Made by a program: the position numbers and the translations under genes | From: Setoptus koraiensis | Taxonomy: Eukaryota; Animalia; Arthropoda | Assembly: GCA_048013815.1 (NCBI GenBank) | Contig: CM106585.1 | Span: 14,446,001 to 14,510,000, forward strand | Length of the DNA: 64,000 bases | Direction: 5' to 3' | The notes under the pieces: model-generated | What the model was told of the DNA's origin: nothing | Databases searched by the model: none | Seen by the model: the letters and a program-made list of their open reading frames with translations, nothing else | Shown: positions 1-13,665 of the stretch, in pieces | Position numbering within the stretch: the stretch's first letter is position 1 | Layout: each line of letters begins with the position of its first letter

Positions 1-1251
1 GACCGGCCAACGTGGGCAAACTGGCAAGCGGGAAAAAGCGGGAAAAGTGGCAAATTGGCGGTTGCAAGTTGGCGCTCGCAGCCGGAAACTGGAAACGGGC
101 GATCGGCGGGCGAGCGGCGGACAGACGACGGACAGATGATATGGGCACTAGAGTGGATTGCTCTAGAATCCAGAGTCTAGATAGAGAGCTGGCAACGTCG
201 AGCATTCGAGCGCTCGTTTGCACTTGTGGCGGTCGCCTCTTCGCGTTTCGTGCGCGAATCCACTCAATCGATACATGCAATACCCGGCCATATTCACACA
301 CTGTCGGGTTTTGTGTCGGGTTTTGTCTCTCATCGGGTCTCGTATCGAGTCTCGCAGCCAGCGAGACAGCGAGCGAGACAGCGAAAGTCGTGATCACGAT
401 TCGTGCTTCGCGGCCTCAGCCGAGCAGCCAGCTCGCGAGCTCGGCGCTGCACGCCTCGCCAATTCGTCGGACGCAGCCGATTCAGCAGAGTGTGCGAACG
501 CGTTTGAATGCTAATTGCGTTAACCAATACACGCTCACAAGACCTATTTTATCACCTGTTGCCGTTGTTGCGGTCGTCTCGACAGCCGCTATCTGGCCGA
601 CAGGTAAGTGAGAAAGTGAAACTAATTTGCGCAATTTGTCAGTGTGGCACTGGCAATGGCATTGGCAGTTGCCGTCGGTGTCGTTGTTGCCGTTGTCGTT
701 GTTGCCGTTGTCGTTGTTGCCGTTGCCGTTGCCGTTGTTGTTGCCGTTGTTGTTGCTGTTGTTGTTGGTGTTGGTGTCGCTGTGGTGCAAATCCAATTGT
801 GCAATCACACTACATTTCGCGCTGTTGTTGTATGCGGTCTGGTGGTCGGCCGGCAACAACAACCGACCCCAACAACAATACGAACGCGAACCGTATGACA
901 ACCAAATGATGCAGCCAACACACTCAAAGTTGTGCCAACAAACGCCGGCCAGCAAGGCCATCAAGGGCACGACTGCCAGTGCAACATTCAGTCGGCCAGT
1001 CGCAAAATTGCACAAACTGGCTTGCCAAATTGGCATGCGTTTCGCGCGGCCAACAACTAACAAGCGACTAATCCATCCAGCTAACTCTGTTCAACAGCGC
1101 CAATTATCGGACCGGCCCGTTGGCGGGCCCGGCCGACGGGCCGGCGCAACGGGCCGACAATTAACGGGCGTGGGGCGAGCGTCGTGCGCCAAACGGAGCG
1201 CAAATACACAAATAAAAAACAGTCTGTCAGTGGACAGTGACCGCGACTCAC

Positions 1252-2469
1252 CTGTGGTTCTGTTGGTCACTATTTGCGAGTCGAGCTCGTCTATGGTGCT
1301 GGTCGTGCTTCGCGCGCTGCTCGCCGTGGTGACGATGGGCGCCGACGACGACCCGATCGACGACTCCTCCACCTCTTGAAACGGCGGGCCGGCCGCGGCC
1401 CACGAGGCTCCCTTCGACGACTGGTTGTTGCTGTTGTTGTTGCCGTTGTTGCTGTTGTTGTTGCCGTTGTTGTTGCCGTTGTTGTTGTTGTTGTTGGGCG
1501 CTAATTGGTTGTTGCCGCGTTGGTGCTGATTGCTGGCAGTTCTCTCTGTGATGCTGAACAAATCTGAGGCGCCAAATTCAAACTCGTTGCCGCTTGCCAA
1601 TGATGCAACTGTTGCATCATTTCCACCACTTCCGGTGTCTGGCGCAAATTGACGCTGGTAGGACAACTGTTTAGTTTGGTGCTGCTTCTGTTGACTAGAC
1701 TGCTGGTTGGCGGCGGGCCTCGTCGCCGCTTGATTGTTGTGATGATGCTGACTGCTCAACTGCTGCTGACGGTTGGCGCTGTTGGCGCTGGTGAGATGAA
1801 GAGTCTGACTGACGGTCGATATGCTCGAGCTTGAGTCCAGCTGGTCAGCGCCGCCGAGCTCGCCGTCTTTCTGCTGTTGCTGCTGCTGTTGCGGTTCCGA
1901 CTGCGGTTCCGGTCGCAGTTCCGGTCGCGGTTCCGGTCGGTCTCTCGGGGTGGGTCTCGACGCGCTTTGGGCCGCCGGAAGGGGCGCGGGCAGCGTGAAC
2001 TCGCTGTCGTCGGCCACCATAAACGACGAGCCGGCAACAAGTGGCCGCTTGGTGTGAGACTGGTTGTGTTGTTGATGCTGCTTGTGAAACTGGTGCTGCT
2101 GGTGTGACGCTGACGACGATGACGTAACTTGCTGCTTGTTTGATTGCTTGTGCTGCGGGCCGGAACTGTAACTGGCCGTATCCGCAAACGGAAGTGCCGA
2201 GCTGTCAGCTGACTTGCCGAGCGGGTATACGGTTGCCATGGTTACTGCGCTTGCCTCATTGACCAGGTCGCCGCTGTCTGTCGCTGGCGCCGCATTGGCC
2301 GACGTCGGGCCGTAACGGGACTGAGGGGCGCCGCCGGCCACAGTGAACACTGAGCCGGCCACTTTCATCGTGGGCCAAATTCGTTGTCGTATGGGCGCCG
2401 TTTGCGGCTGGCCAGTGGTTGGTGTTGTGCGCGACTGTGGCGCCACTGTCGTCGCAACGGGTCGTTGTT

Positions 2470-2568
<99 letters not shown>

Positions 2569-3394
2569 GCTGTTGTTGTTGTTGCCTAGAGTGCGCCAGC
2601 GACGGATTTCGGGTAGTCGGATGCGCTGATGCGCCGCTCGAACCGGAAATGAATTCAGCGGCGGCAGCGTCATCGAGCGGCGGTTGCCTTGCCGTTTGCG
2701 GGCCACGCAAATCAGTTACAACGTTGTCATGGTGTTTGGCTGGCGCTGTCGTCGACGACGGCACTGCTAATTGATCGCCGGCCGGTCTGGCTTGTTGTTG
2801 TTTGTAGTTGTTGGCAAAGTCAATGTTATGCAAGGTTTGTTTGTTGTTCGGTGGTCGACTAGATGTTGCTGTGATTGATTGCTGCTGTCTCGCCAACAGC
2901 GACCGATGGAGCTGCTGCTGTTGCTGTTGCTGTTGCGGTAGATGCTGGCACTCGGCTAACTGTGCGCAGTTGTTGTTGTTTGGCATTAACAAAGATGAGA
3001 TCAATAGTATAATTAGTGGATAAAATAATGATAATAATGAAGACGAAGACGAATAATTACAAGTTTTAGATGAGATCACAGGTGTAATTAGTTGCTTGTC
3101 GCTGACGGTTGTTGTTGGCTGCTGCTCGACACTTTGATTGATTGTCGCTGGTGGTGCGCTGGATTTTGCGACACTTGTTGCATATCTAACTGTTGTGGTG
3201 TCGTCGTTGTCGTCGTCGTGATAATCATCGCGATTATAAACTGTCTCGCATAGGCAGTCACTGGCACTCGTCGACGGCAGCAATTTTCTTCTTCGGCGCT
3301 TCTTCTTGGTCGTGTCATCTCTCAGATAATGATTGCAGCGCGATCTCAATATCTGTTTAGTGCGCGTGAATCTCGCTCTCATATGTTGATGCAT
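1252..3394 (-). CDS. Large low-complexity (poly-Q/N/S) exon of an unidentified, possibly secreted or membrane protein; other exons not resolved
   Basis: 767-codon stop-free ORF (1091..3394) with about 40 consecutive Gln (2465-2584), a hydrophobic signal-like segment LLSLFYPLIILLISSLLM and a strong donor ACAG|GTGAGT at 1252/1251. No recognisable domain. Start codon and downstream exons uncertain. Confidence 0.5.
2465..2584. repeat. (TGT/TGC)n trinucleotide tract, about 40 Gln codons on the minus strand
   Basis: Read directly from the sequence. Confidence 0.95.
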
Positions 3395-3617
3395 GACAAA
3401 CAGTTGCGCTTGCAGTGCACACCATTTAATGATAACAATTACAACAACGATAATAATTACACGCGATGCATCTGACTGCCACTGGGCTAATTAGCGCCAG
3501 TGCGCCGCTGATATACAATAAAATAATATAATGATAATAATAATGATAATATTATAAGCGATGATAATAACGCTGATAATGCCCGCGACCTCGGCTAATC
3601 TGACGCTGTCGTTTCTC

Positions 3618-3680
3618 GCGCTTATCCGACCGGCGGCGCTTATCCGAGCGGCGCTTATCCGAGCGGCGCTTATCCGAGCG
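3618..3680. repeat. 15-bp tandem repeat GCGCTTATCCGAGCG x4
   Basis: TTATCCG cores at 3622, 3640, 3655, 3670; first unit imperfect. Confidence 0.9.
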
Positions 3681-3813
3681 ACACTTACGCGCCTGACGCA
3701 AGCGACTCGTGATTCGCGATTAAAGCGATTGAAGATGATTTAATGGCAGCAGTTTGACGCGAGATGCGACGCACAATCGAGGAGCTCGGCGCGCGATCAG
3801 CGCCGCAGCGAGC

Positions 3814-4164
3814 TTATCTAAGGCAACTCAGGTCGGGGATTTTATTGCTGATCGGGCCACTTGTCGAACTTTGTCGGAACTTGTAGCTGCTTGCACGTGG
3901 CTCCGATTCACCTGTCGGCACCTGTCGGCGCTGCTTCACCTGCTGCTGCGGTTGTTGTTGCTGTTGTTGTTGTTGCTGCTGCTGTTGTTGCTGTTGCTGC
4001 TGCTGTTGTTGCTGTTGCTGCTGTTGCTGGTCGTGCTGTTGTTGCGGCTGCTGGCGGATGTGTCGGCTGAATGCAACAACGTGTGTCGCAATTGATGTCA
4101 CTCGAATGTATTTGTTGTCTGTTTGAATACAATTGCCTTTAGCTAACAAATGTTTTGTGAGCAA
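3814..4164 (-). CDS. Possible poly-Q exon, perhaps of the same unidentified gene
   Basis: 116-codon ORF with a mixed CAA/CAG tract followed by several CAG|GTG donor-like sites; no domain recognised. Confidence 0.2.
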   Translation of the reverse strand: MLTKHLLAKGNCIQTDNKYIRVTSIATHVVAFSRHIRQQPQQQHDQQQQQQQQQQQQQQQQQQQQQQQQQQPQQQVKQRRQVPTGESEPRASSYKFRQSSTSGPISNKIPDLSCLR

Positions 4165-7100
4165 ATTCTCGTTCGGTCGGATAATTCAGTCGGATAAACT
4201 CGCGAATGCTCGGCTAAGCGTCGTCGGCTGCGCTGGCGGCGGATAATCCGGCGCGCAGCGATAATGAATGAGTGGCGCGGATAATGGAAAGTATGCTTGA
4301 CTCTTGGTGCGTTTGCTGCATACGTCAACTTGCGACGATCGTCTTGCCCGTCGATGGGGCTGCTATTTGCAAATATATCGAGTGTCGCTGTTGTCACTGT
4401 CGTCGCTGTCGTCGCTGTTGTCGTTGTTGTCACTGGCGTCGCTGTTGTCGCTGTTGCTGGTTCGGACAAGTGCACACAAGTGGACGCGTTACAATGGCAC
4501 TTGTGCACTCCCACCGCAATCGGCTAGCAGCACTAACGAGCTTGCTGGCTCACCTGAACAATCGGCCAAGCAGTGGCTAATTTGGCGATGATGGCGCACA
4601 GGTAGCGATGACGAAGCGATGCAGAAATTGCTCAAATGGAGAGTGAAACGAGTGCCAGCGATCGGCCGGCCCGCTGATGATGCTCGGATGCTCTTGATGA
4701 TGGTGCCTTAATAATACACTGTGCCGATAATATGCCGTGCTGCTAATATTATATTGTGCCGATGTTATATTGTGCCGATACTATATTGTGGTGGCCGCTG
4801 TTGTTGCTGTCGTTGTTTGCTCTCGTCTGCCCTCGTCGCTCTCGCCGCGCTCGTCGCGCTCGTCCGCTCCCGTCGAGACTCCGCCTAATCGCGGGCTGGC
4901 CGTCCCGACAGACTGAAGATTCAATTCACTCTCTCGGCTCGCTGCTGCTGTTGTCGCTGTTACCGCTACTGTCGTGGCTGTTGTTGCTGTGGCTGTTGTT
5001 GCTGCTGTCGCTGTTGTCAGCATTCCAGCGCTGCGCTCAGGTGAGTTTGCGACGGCACACAGGCTCACCTGTGCGCAAACAGCTTAAATCGGTGCGCGCA
5101 ACAAGCCCACCGACAACACACAGTTGAGCACAACAATAGCGGCCGTGTGCGCAACTATAACTATATAACGTGAGTTGACGACTTTTCGCATTCCTTTCCT
5201 TTATCCGTCTCGGCACAGTGCCGACGCTGCAGTCAAGACACTGCAACACGCCACTCGCAACAAGTGTCGAGCTTGCCAGCCATTTATCCAGGCATGGCAT
5301 GCATGCTGCAGCCACACGGTGGCAGTGTGCGATATGCCGGCGCCGCACCGAAATGAAGCGAAAAGAAGCGAAAAGAAGCAAAATGAAGCAAAATGAAGCG
5401 AAATGAAGCGACTTCTCAGCGACACACAGTCGACGGGAATCGGTGGTTGCTGCTGCCTCCGAGGCCACATAAATGTTGCCAACATAAATCAGCTGACAAC
5501 AACAACAAATCTTGGGATAATCTGTCGTGGCGGGTTGCGTCACCAATTTGAACGATTTAATGTCATGTGTGTGCGTTGTTTGGCAGCGCCAGCAACAACA
5601 ACGACAACAACAACGACAACAACAACGACAACAACAACAGCGAAATCACGATGCGCCATGATGCGCCGGCAAGCGATTGTGATTCGGCTACAACTTGTAG
5701 TTGTTGTAACTGGCACTGACTGCCACCGACTGCCACTGACTGCCACTGACGGAGCCAGCGACAGGGCCGAGCGCTCAGCTGCCACGGCCACATTCTGTCC
5801 AGATATCCTTTCGATGTTCGCGGCGGCCACCGCAACATCGTTGCGCCGTCACATTTTGCGAACGTTCGCTGCGAACGTTGGTCGCGACGCTTCGGAGCCG
5901 TTCGCAAGATGCGGCTCGCCAGCGATTTGACGCGGATTTCGCACACGGCGCCAAATCCGCGATTTGCAGCCGCGGCCGAATCCACGTGCCCCATGCGACT
6001 TCTCATGCGACTTGTCCGGCCAATTCGCGGGCAAGTTCGCGGCCAGTTTGCGGGCGAGTTCGCCGGCCGGTTCGCTCGAAGCGGCCCGACTCGCCGGCCA
6101 AACATCTGCCCCGCGAACGGGCGGCCAAAACGCATTGTTGTGCATCTGTGGCAGCTGGCTGTTTGTTGGGCTGGCCACAAGCCGGCTGACAATAATTGAA
6201 GCGTCAATGAAATAAAAAGTAGTTGTGTAAAGTGCGCAATAATTGATGCCCGTCTCATTGTGTCCACTCCACAATTGTCAGTCAGTCGCTATTTGTTGTC
6301 AGTGCGGCCACTTGTTGCGCCAGCTCCTGTCCAGCGGTCGTGGTCGTCGTTGTTGTTGCTGCTGTTGTTGTTGTTGTTGCTGTTGCTGCTGTCGGCGTTG
6401 TTGCGTGTGTCTCGCCGCTGGCCAGTTGATTTGATTAGAGGCACACATATCGGTATCGCGTATCGTGGGCTAGTTTCCATATGTTTGCGATATAAGCGAT
6501 GAGCGTCTCCGCCAAAAACAAGAGCTGCCCACAGTGAGTTAGCTGAAGCGTAAACGCACAAGGACACAAATTGGCTCAGTTTCTTTAGTTTTCATACGTC
6601 CCCACAATAAGCTAATCAAATGATATATTCATTATGTTTGCATTGAGGGCATTTGGTCTTGCCGGGCGCATCCGATTGCGTCCCAGCGACACGCTTCAAT
6701 GGCTCGATCTGTTTCTCGGTGCATCTAATTCGCATCTTCAGTGATCACCGAAGCCTGCATATTGCGACGCTCAGCACATTGTAATGGCCAGTTTGCTCAA
6801 GTGTACACTATGCAATGGCACATCGAGGCGACACGTCGAAGCGAGAGAAACGATTTCGAGCGCTTATTCGGTGATCGGCTCGCGTCGGTGGCGCAATGTC
6901 CGGCGCGCGACTCGTCTCAAACACTTCGACAAACACTTCGACGAACATCTCTTTAAACATATCGACAGAGATTTCGGTGGAGCGTTTGTCGACACTGCTG
7001 GTGCATGCGTTCGCCGCTTTGCATTTGTGTGCGTACCTGTGATACCTGCGATAGATGCAATTCACCGATAAGTGAGCAAGTCGACATAAACAGCGCACTT

Positions 7101-8337
7101 CAACAGTTGAACAATTTAACATTTCAACGTAAGTGCCATCATCGCGCAATTCAAGCCACATTTGTCAGATGCGGCAATAGCGCACAAATTCAATCGCAAC
7201 TTTTGCTCCAATGTGACGCAATCAGCAAACAAGTGTCGAGAGAGCGCCATCAACACTGTTGATTCAACAGCTTCTGTTCTAGGAAATGCCGCGCACCGTG
7301 CTACTGCACAATTCATTCAATTATTTCGCTGCGAATCGTCAGTGTGTGTGTGCGTGAAATTTCCGCGTGAACAGGTGAGTTCAGTTGAACAGGTGAATAG
7401 GTGACAAACAAACAAACAGCACGCATTGCCGCCATCGGGCGAAACAATGGCCAGCGATGGCCGCACAACCTGTTGCGTTGATTGTGTTTGCTCACTAATG
7501 TCGCTTGTGGCATCATTAGCGAGTGACATTGCCAGTCCGAATTGTGCTCTGAAACGAGCTGACGCGATCAGCAGCTCGTTTCAAACGAGCAATAGGTGCC
7601 TATTATCGCTTTTTAGATCGCCTCTTTCGCCTTGTTTGCCCACCTTGCCTGCACCTTGTGATACTAATGCCAGTAGACAATGCCCACTAATATCGTTATT
7701 ACACTTTGCCCTTTCGCGACTAAAAATAGACGCAAATAATAGTTCTGATAATAACGATAATTTGTCAAACACAGTGAGGCCCGCCGAACAGCGAATAACT
7801 GCCGTCTAGCCGAAATTTCCTGTCGAAACACAATAGAGCCATAAAGATAACAATCTTTACTGCCTCGCATCTCGATAAGACTTTTCTAAGTGTAAGAGAT
7901 TTTTCTGATTCTCTCTCTCTCTCGCTGTTTCGCCTGCTAGTTTTGTCACAAACTTTCCCTTTTCCACAGCCGCGCAATAATCGCCCTACGCGTCGAAATC
8001 CTTCACTGGAAAAACAAACACAACCCAAGGGCAAATATTTTCTCCTTCTTTTTTGCCTCATTTCGCATTGTTTTCACCGAAAACTTTGCAGGCTCGATCC
8101 TGCCGCTGGCCGATACAACATGGCATGTAGCTGCAGATTGATTCATGAAAATTCACGCTCAAAACGTTCTCCCGTTGGCGGCACCTGGCGAAGAAATTTT
8201 TCACATTTCTTATCATTTTCAACGACGAGACTTGTGTGTGGTGTGAGCTGTACCAGTGAGCGCACCTTTAGTTGGTCAAACATCCACCAGGGGCATGTGA
8301 TGTGTGCATCAATAGAGAACTTGCACTCCAATCCTAC

Positions 8338-8456
8338 GTGTAGGACCATACTACGTTGAAAACACCGCATCTCGTCAGATCTGCGAAGTTAAGCAACGTC
8401 AGGCCCGGTTAGTACTTGGGAGGGAGACCACCTGGGAACTCCGGGTGTCCTACACT
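8338..8456 (+). rRNA. 5S rRNA gene, single copy
   Basis: 119 nt GTGTAGGACCATACTACGTTGAAAACACCG...GAAGTTAAGCAACGTC...GGTTAGTACTTGG...ACCACCTGGGAACTCCGGGTGTCCTACAC. Helix I GTGTAGG/CCTACAC, eukaryotic box A/box C-type motifs, followed by T-runs. Confidence 0.97.
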
Positions 8457-8466
8457 TTTACTTTTT
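8456..8466 (+). terminator. Pol III terminator of the 5S gene
   Basis: TTTT-AC-TTTTT directly after helix I. Confidence 0.8.
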
Positions 8467-11400
8467 GCTTCCAATTTTTGATTACAGAATTTCTTCAGAA
8501 TTATTCTTTAAAGTCCTGCATACCTTTTGCCATCACTATCTAAGTATATATCTGTCTATTTTTTCGCATAGAAATTCTTTTGAATCTAGAATTTTGCGAC
8601 AGCTCACATCTGACACAGCAAATACTAGCAAACACTGTCTGTGTTTTCGCATCGCCGAACATTACGTAACCACTGGCGTCCATTGATGACGATCTGCGGC
8701 CAGCATGGCAGCGCGCAACTGTGATAGCATTGGGGAGAGAGAGAGAGGCCATTGAAGGAGCGTTCGAGGTAACTAATCGATGTCATGTTTAACTTGACAC
8801 TTTCTTGTTACAAGTAACAAAAGTGTAATTACTAGCGTATAAAGTGTTTTATTGCGCAACCATAGTAGCCCGCTTTGGCCACTGTTGCGCAATCACTGGG
8901 TTGTTGCGCCATCATTGGCCGCAAAAGCTCATTAATGGTGTCGTTGAGAGAGATTTGGACATTTTTCCGAATTGAATCAAGGCTATGCAAACAAAGGGAA
9001 AGTGCTCCGTTCGTGGCCACTGGCCACCGACGGCCAGCAATTCAATATTTGCTGTTTGAATAACAATTTTCGAAACGAGACAGCGATAACCAGAGAGTGC
9101 CAGCGAGAGCCAGCGAGAGCCAGCATGACGAGACGCGCTCAGTGTCAATGGAGTGGCCTGGAATGGGGGCCGGTCAAGTTGCCAAGAGCCAACAATTATG
9201 ATTATTATTGATTGTGTGTGTGCCAGTGTCCTTGACAGCTCGCAATTGATTAAGTCGCTAATTGATACCAATGGTGTCACTAATTTCAATTGTCTTTGTT
9301 TGCACAGTCGCACAAATGACAGAGTGGTTCAATTAAGCGTGATGGTTCATTGTGACACGAGCTGGCTCACTGTCGTAACTCGCTGCCTTGCCGTTTGTGA
9401 GTGTCCGTTAGCGAGCCAGCAACAGGTTCAGTTTTTGGCCCATCCGATTATTATCGCCATTGAACAAACGGCCGTCGCGTCACTGATACTGATCAGGCCG
9501 GGCAAACGAGGCTGCACACAAGCGTCATTGTTTGCTAGGTTTGTTTGGACTGCCGACATTGGACTCGACGTCTCATGGCATCCACCAATCAACGGTGAGC
9601 ACACTAATTGCGATTGGCCACATGTTGCGCAATTGATTTTCCAGCTAAATACGAGCTAAATTGATAAAATGACGACAGACAGAGAAAATTCTCGCTCGGT
9701 CTTGTTTTTCGCTTATTGACTTATCATGAATATCACATATTACATAATACATTACGTATTATTTGCCAATTGTGCTCGTCATGCAGCCGCCATGAAAAGT
9801 TGAGTCAGTTTTCTCGTCGCCATCAGTGTGAGTTGGCGCTAGTTAGTGTGCCGACTGACTGCTGACTGACTGCTGACTGACCATTGTCCGACCATTGTCC
9901 ATTGCCGCTTGCCAGCTCCCCCTATCAAACAAATTAACGACTACTCGCCGCTACTCACAGTCCGACACAACAGCTGTGTGTGTGTGTGTGTGTGTGACCT
10001 CACCTTGATAATCGCCAACACTCAACAGGTGTATTATGTGAGGCCAGATTAAGTATGGATGCCGTTGGTACTAGAGAAGAGATGCCAATCAAGTTGGTGA
10101 TAGGTCAAAAGTCATCAAAAGTGGCCAGGCCCGGCTGCTCACACACTCACACCAGACTGGCGGACACAAGAGGCAGCTCGTCAACAACAAACTGCCAGCT
10201 ACCTGTTAGTGGCCGTTTATTTGCATTGTTCACTCTCACTCTCCATATGTTGTTGTTGCTGCTGTTGTTGCTGTTGCTGTTGTTGTTGTTGCTGCTGTCG
10301 TTTGCGGCCGTGGAGGTGGTCTCGTCACACTGTAGCGGCACTGTCACTGCCACCACCGCCGCTGATACAGATTCAGTTGTTGCTGTCGTCATCGTCGCAT
10401 AACGAAGAAGAATAACAAGGTGACAGGTGAGCGGCAGCTACTCATCAGCAGCTTGTTTGTGTGTAATGACAAAGATGACAACAGCAACAGCAACGGCCAA
10501 CCACCGGCACGACAGCAACGACAAGCAAGCCCAGTTGCCCGTCTGCTATCGTCGTTGTCGTCGTCGCTGTTGCTGTTGCTGTTTGATGAAAAACAATTGA
10601 ACGAGTTAATTTACAATTAGGCATTGCATATCATCGTGCTGGGCATGTTACAGTTGCTGAACGAGCCCAGCAGTAAACAGCAGTTTCATGTCTCAACTGT
10701 CGCTCGACAAAACACTACACAAACTTACAGTCGCTACTTTTTGTTTGTACTAACTGTCAAGTTGAAACAATTTTTCTTGTTCTTGTTGTTACATAATCTA
10801 AACTGTTTGTGTGTTCATTAATTCACAACACACACACTCACTAGCCTAATGTTGGCTGCCTGTCGATGATTATTGTGTCGTGTGTGTCTAATGATGGCAG
10901 CAAATTAGACTAATATCAGGCCAACAAGCTTACAACTAAGGACTTCACTTTTAAAATAACATAAACAAACATATTTTGCGGCAACAATGGCCGTTTTGGC
11001 CACCACTTTTATTCTTTGCCAATGACAATCTGGCCCGAACTTGACCACCACTTTGCATGATGTTAATCGTCGTTGTTGTCACTGTTGTTGTTAGTGTTGT
11101 TGTTGCTTGCTCGGTGTCATCAGTTTGCCCTGCTGTTGAGTTGATTGGGCTCAGACAGTGTGAGCCAATGTCAAGCGCTTACCAGCACTGACTCAATACA
11201 CTAATAGCGACGGTTGCTAATGCTAATTGAACATCAGCTGACCATCGGTCAAACTGACCATTTCGGACAACAACAATCGTTTAAGCGAGCAGCATTTGCA
11301 TACAAGGCGTCATATGATTCGCCATTCACAAGTCAAGTTGTCAGTGATGATGACGATGAGTCCGGTAACAACTAATTAGTCAATTAGTTAGGACTCAGAA

Positions 11401-13665
11401 GGAGAAGAAAAAAAGCGTAGAAAGAACACAATCGCCGTTGTTGTCAGCTGTGTCCCATTCAAACACATGGGTGCCACATTTGTTGGCCGTTTTGTTTGTT
11501 TCAATTGTTACGCAACACACAAACAAATTGACCACTCCATCTCGCTGGGCAACAATGATGTAAGAAATTTCTCTTTCTTTCTAGTTTTTTTTTTCTTGTT
11601 CTTTTCCTCTCTCATGGGTGTGTAAGAAAAACGGATGTTCGCTCTAATGGAGTATCCCCGTCTCATCTGCCTGTCTCGTTTGCCAGTTGGTGTTGACAGC
11701 AAACACAGAATTGATTGTTTGTTTGGCAGTTTGTCGACACGGGCACTATCATTAGAGATGGAGTCGTGATCATCACTTAATTATTATGCAATGTCAGCTG
11801 ATGATGGCGATAACGTCGGTGACAGCGGCCAAGTGACTGGGCGACGGTGAGCGCACACCTTGTTGCTGTTGCTGGAGAAAAACAAAACAAGATAATGGAA
11901 AATTTGATCCATTTGAACTCTGGTCGGGTTGCCGGCTTGACCAGCGCCTCCTATGACCGGTGACTTGGTGTGATTTCGACGCCGCTCAAGTGCCGTTATT
12001 TGCAGCAGCAGCAGCAAAAAAAAAAGATCGCTGCAAATGAATGGTAATCTTTTGTGAATAATCGTCTTGCTGCCAGCAGAGCTGTTACAAGCCAATCTGG
12101 CCGGTAGTTTACATCTGTCTGCTCAGCGTCAGAGAGATTTTCTTCGCGCTCGAGCTAAACTGCAAAAAGAAACGAACAGAAAAATGGCTCGCCATTATCC
12201 ATTGTCAGACCACCAGAGTGGTGGTTTTCGGGCAATTTAAGCGAAAAAGAGCGAGAGTTTTCAATCACAATTCTGTATCATCTGTGTCTAACCAAAAACG
12301 TCACTGCTATCTGTTGGCCGGCTAGCTATTACAATATGGTGGCTGTCATTTATCGTCCGACATGCCATGACTCCATGCACTGCGACCGAACGCACATACA
12401 CTTGTTGCTGTTGGCCATTGTTAATTAACTAGTAAATAAGCAAATTGTTGGTAAATGAGAGATAGGCCTTTGTGATGGTTGTTGTTGTTGTTGGCGTTGT
12501 TTTTGGAGGTAACAGTTTATCAATCAACGCGCTTGTTGTTGTTGTTGTTGTTGTTTACTTTGTTTGCGCACTCAACAATTGAAAGGATCGCTTGTCAGTG
12601 ACTGGTTAGTGGCTTGCAATTGTTTGTTTGCTAGTTAGCAGCAGCAAATTAACACCAAAACTTGCCAGTGTGTCTGTGTGAGATGATAACGTGATATGTC
12701 GTCTAGGCAACCGCGATAGAAATTGAATTCATGGCCAGAGCGACAAACACATACGACGAGATAATAACGGTGGACATTAAATGTAAAACCGAAATAGAAA
12801 TTAAACTAAGACTTAATTTGAAAAGAATTGCGGTTGCATGCGCATGCATCATTGTTGCGTCGATTGCTGGCTATTGCATTGTTTTTATCCAGACAGCAAC
12901 AATAGCAACGACAACAAGCAACCAACTTTCACATTTGACAAATTAAAATTATTGTTACCACAACTACCCACAGCACAGCAGAGACAGCAGTAAATCTGAG
13001 TTCGTGTATGGCACAATTGTGTAATCATTCTTTGTCGTGTAATTCATATTTGACATCGAAATTGATACAAAAGACCGAAAGCAATCGCTCACTCATAATC
13101 GCACACACCAGCAACATCATATTCTATCATTCGTGCGACATTGCAAACAAACACAAAGCAGGGACGTTGTCATCGTATCTCATTAGGCACAATCTACATT
13201 GATTATTCTTGTTGTGAATAATGCGTGCGATTTTTGTTTTATTAGCTTTTTTATTATCGCTATTATCACAGCTAGTTTGCTTCCTCCTGACCTGGCCGAA
13301 AATTGTGATTTTATGCAGTGAGCTGGTCGCTTGCGGCTTCTATTCGAGCACTCTGCGACCGCGTGACTGATCCGAAACAACTGTCGGATGTGACAATCAC
13401 TGGATCGTCTGCCAAACGAGCCGGCGACAACTCTCTGCGAACGTTATGCAAACGAGTCTGTTGCACGCCTCATGCACCGAACCAATTACTTCCTCAGAGT
13501 GTTTAGTAGTGCTTCCAGTTTCCACAGAGATCATTAGAGAAAACAAATTCAGTGGTTAGAACAAACCAAAATGGTCATTCAGATTTCGAAATTCTCGAAA
13601 TGCTAGTTGCACTAAGTCACCATCTCCAAACACTAACACCCTTCACGTCTGATCTTTTTTCCCCA

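Noticed and set aside
556-603. Overlapping microexon candidates (+ strand 586-603; - strand 592-556)
   Set aside because: Splice-like signals occur on both strands and neither can be tied to a recognisable protein without transcript data.
508-6567. Poly-Cys, poly-Leu, poly-Val and poly-Thr ORFs
   Set aside because: They are alternative frames or antisense readings of (CAA/TTG)n microsatellites.
6808-7161. ORF with CxC..HL resembling an adhesion-GPCR GPS motif
   Set aside because: It lacks the conserved Trp/Cys spacing and a following TM helix; likely chance.
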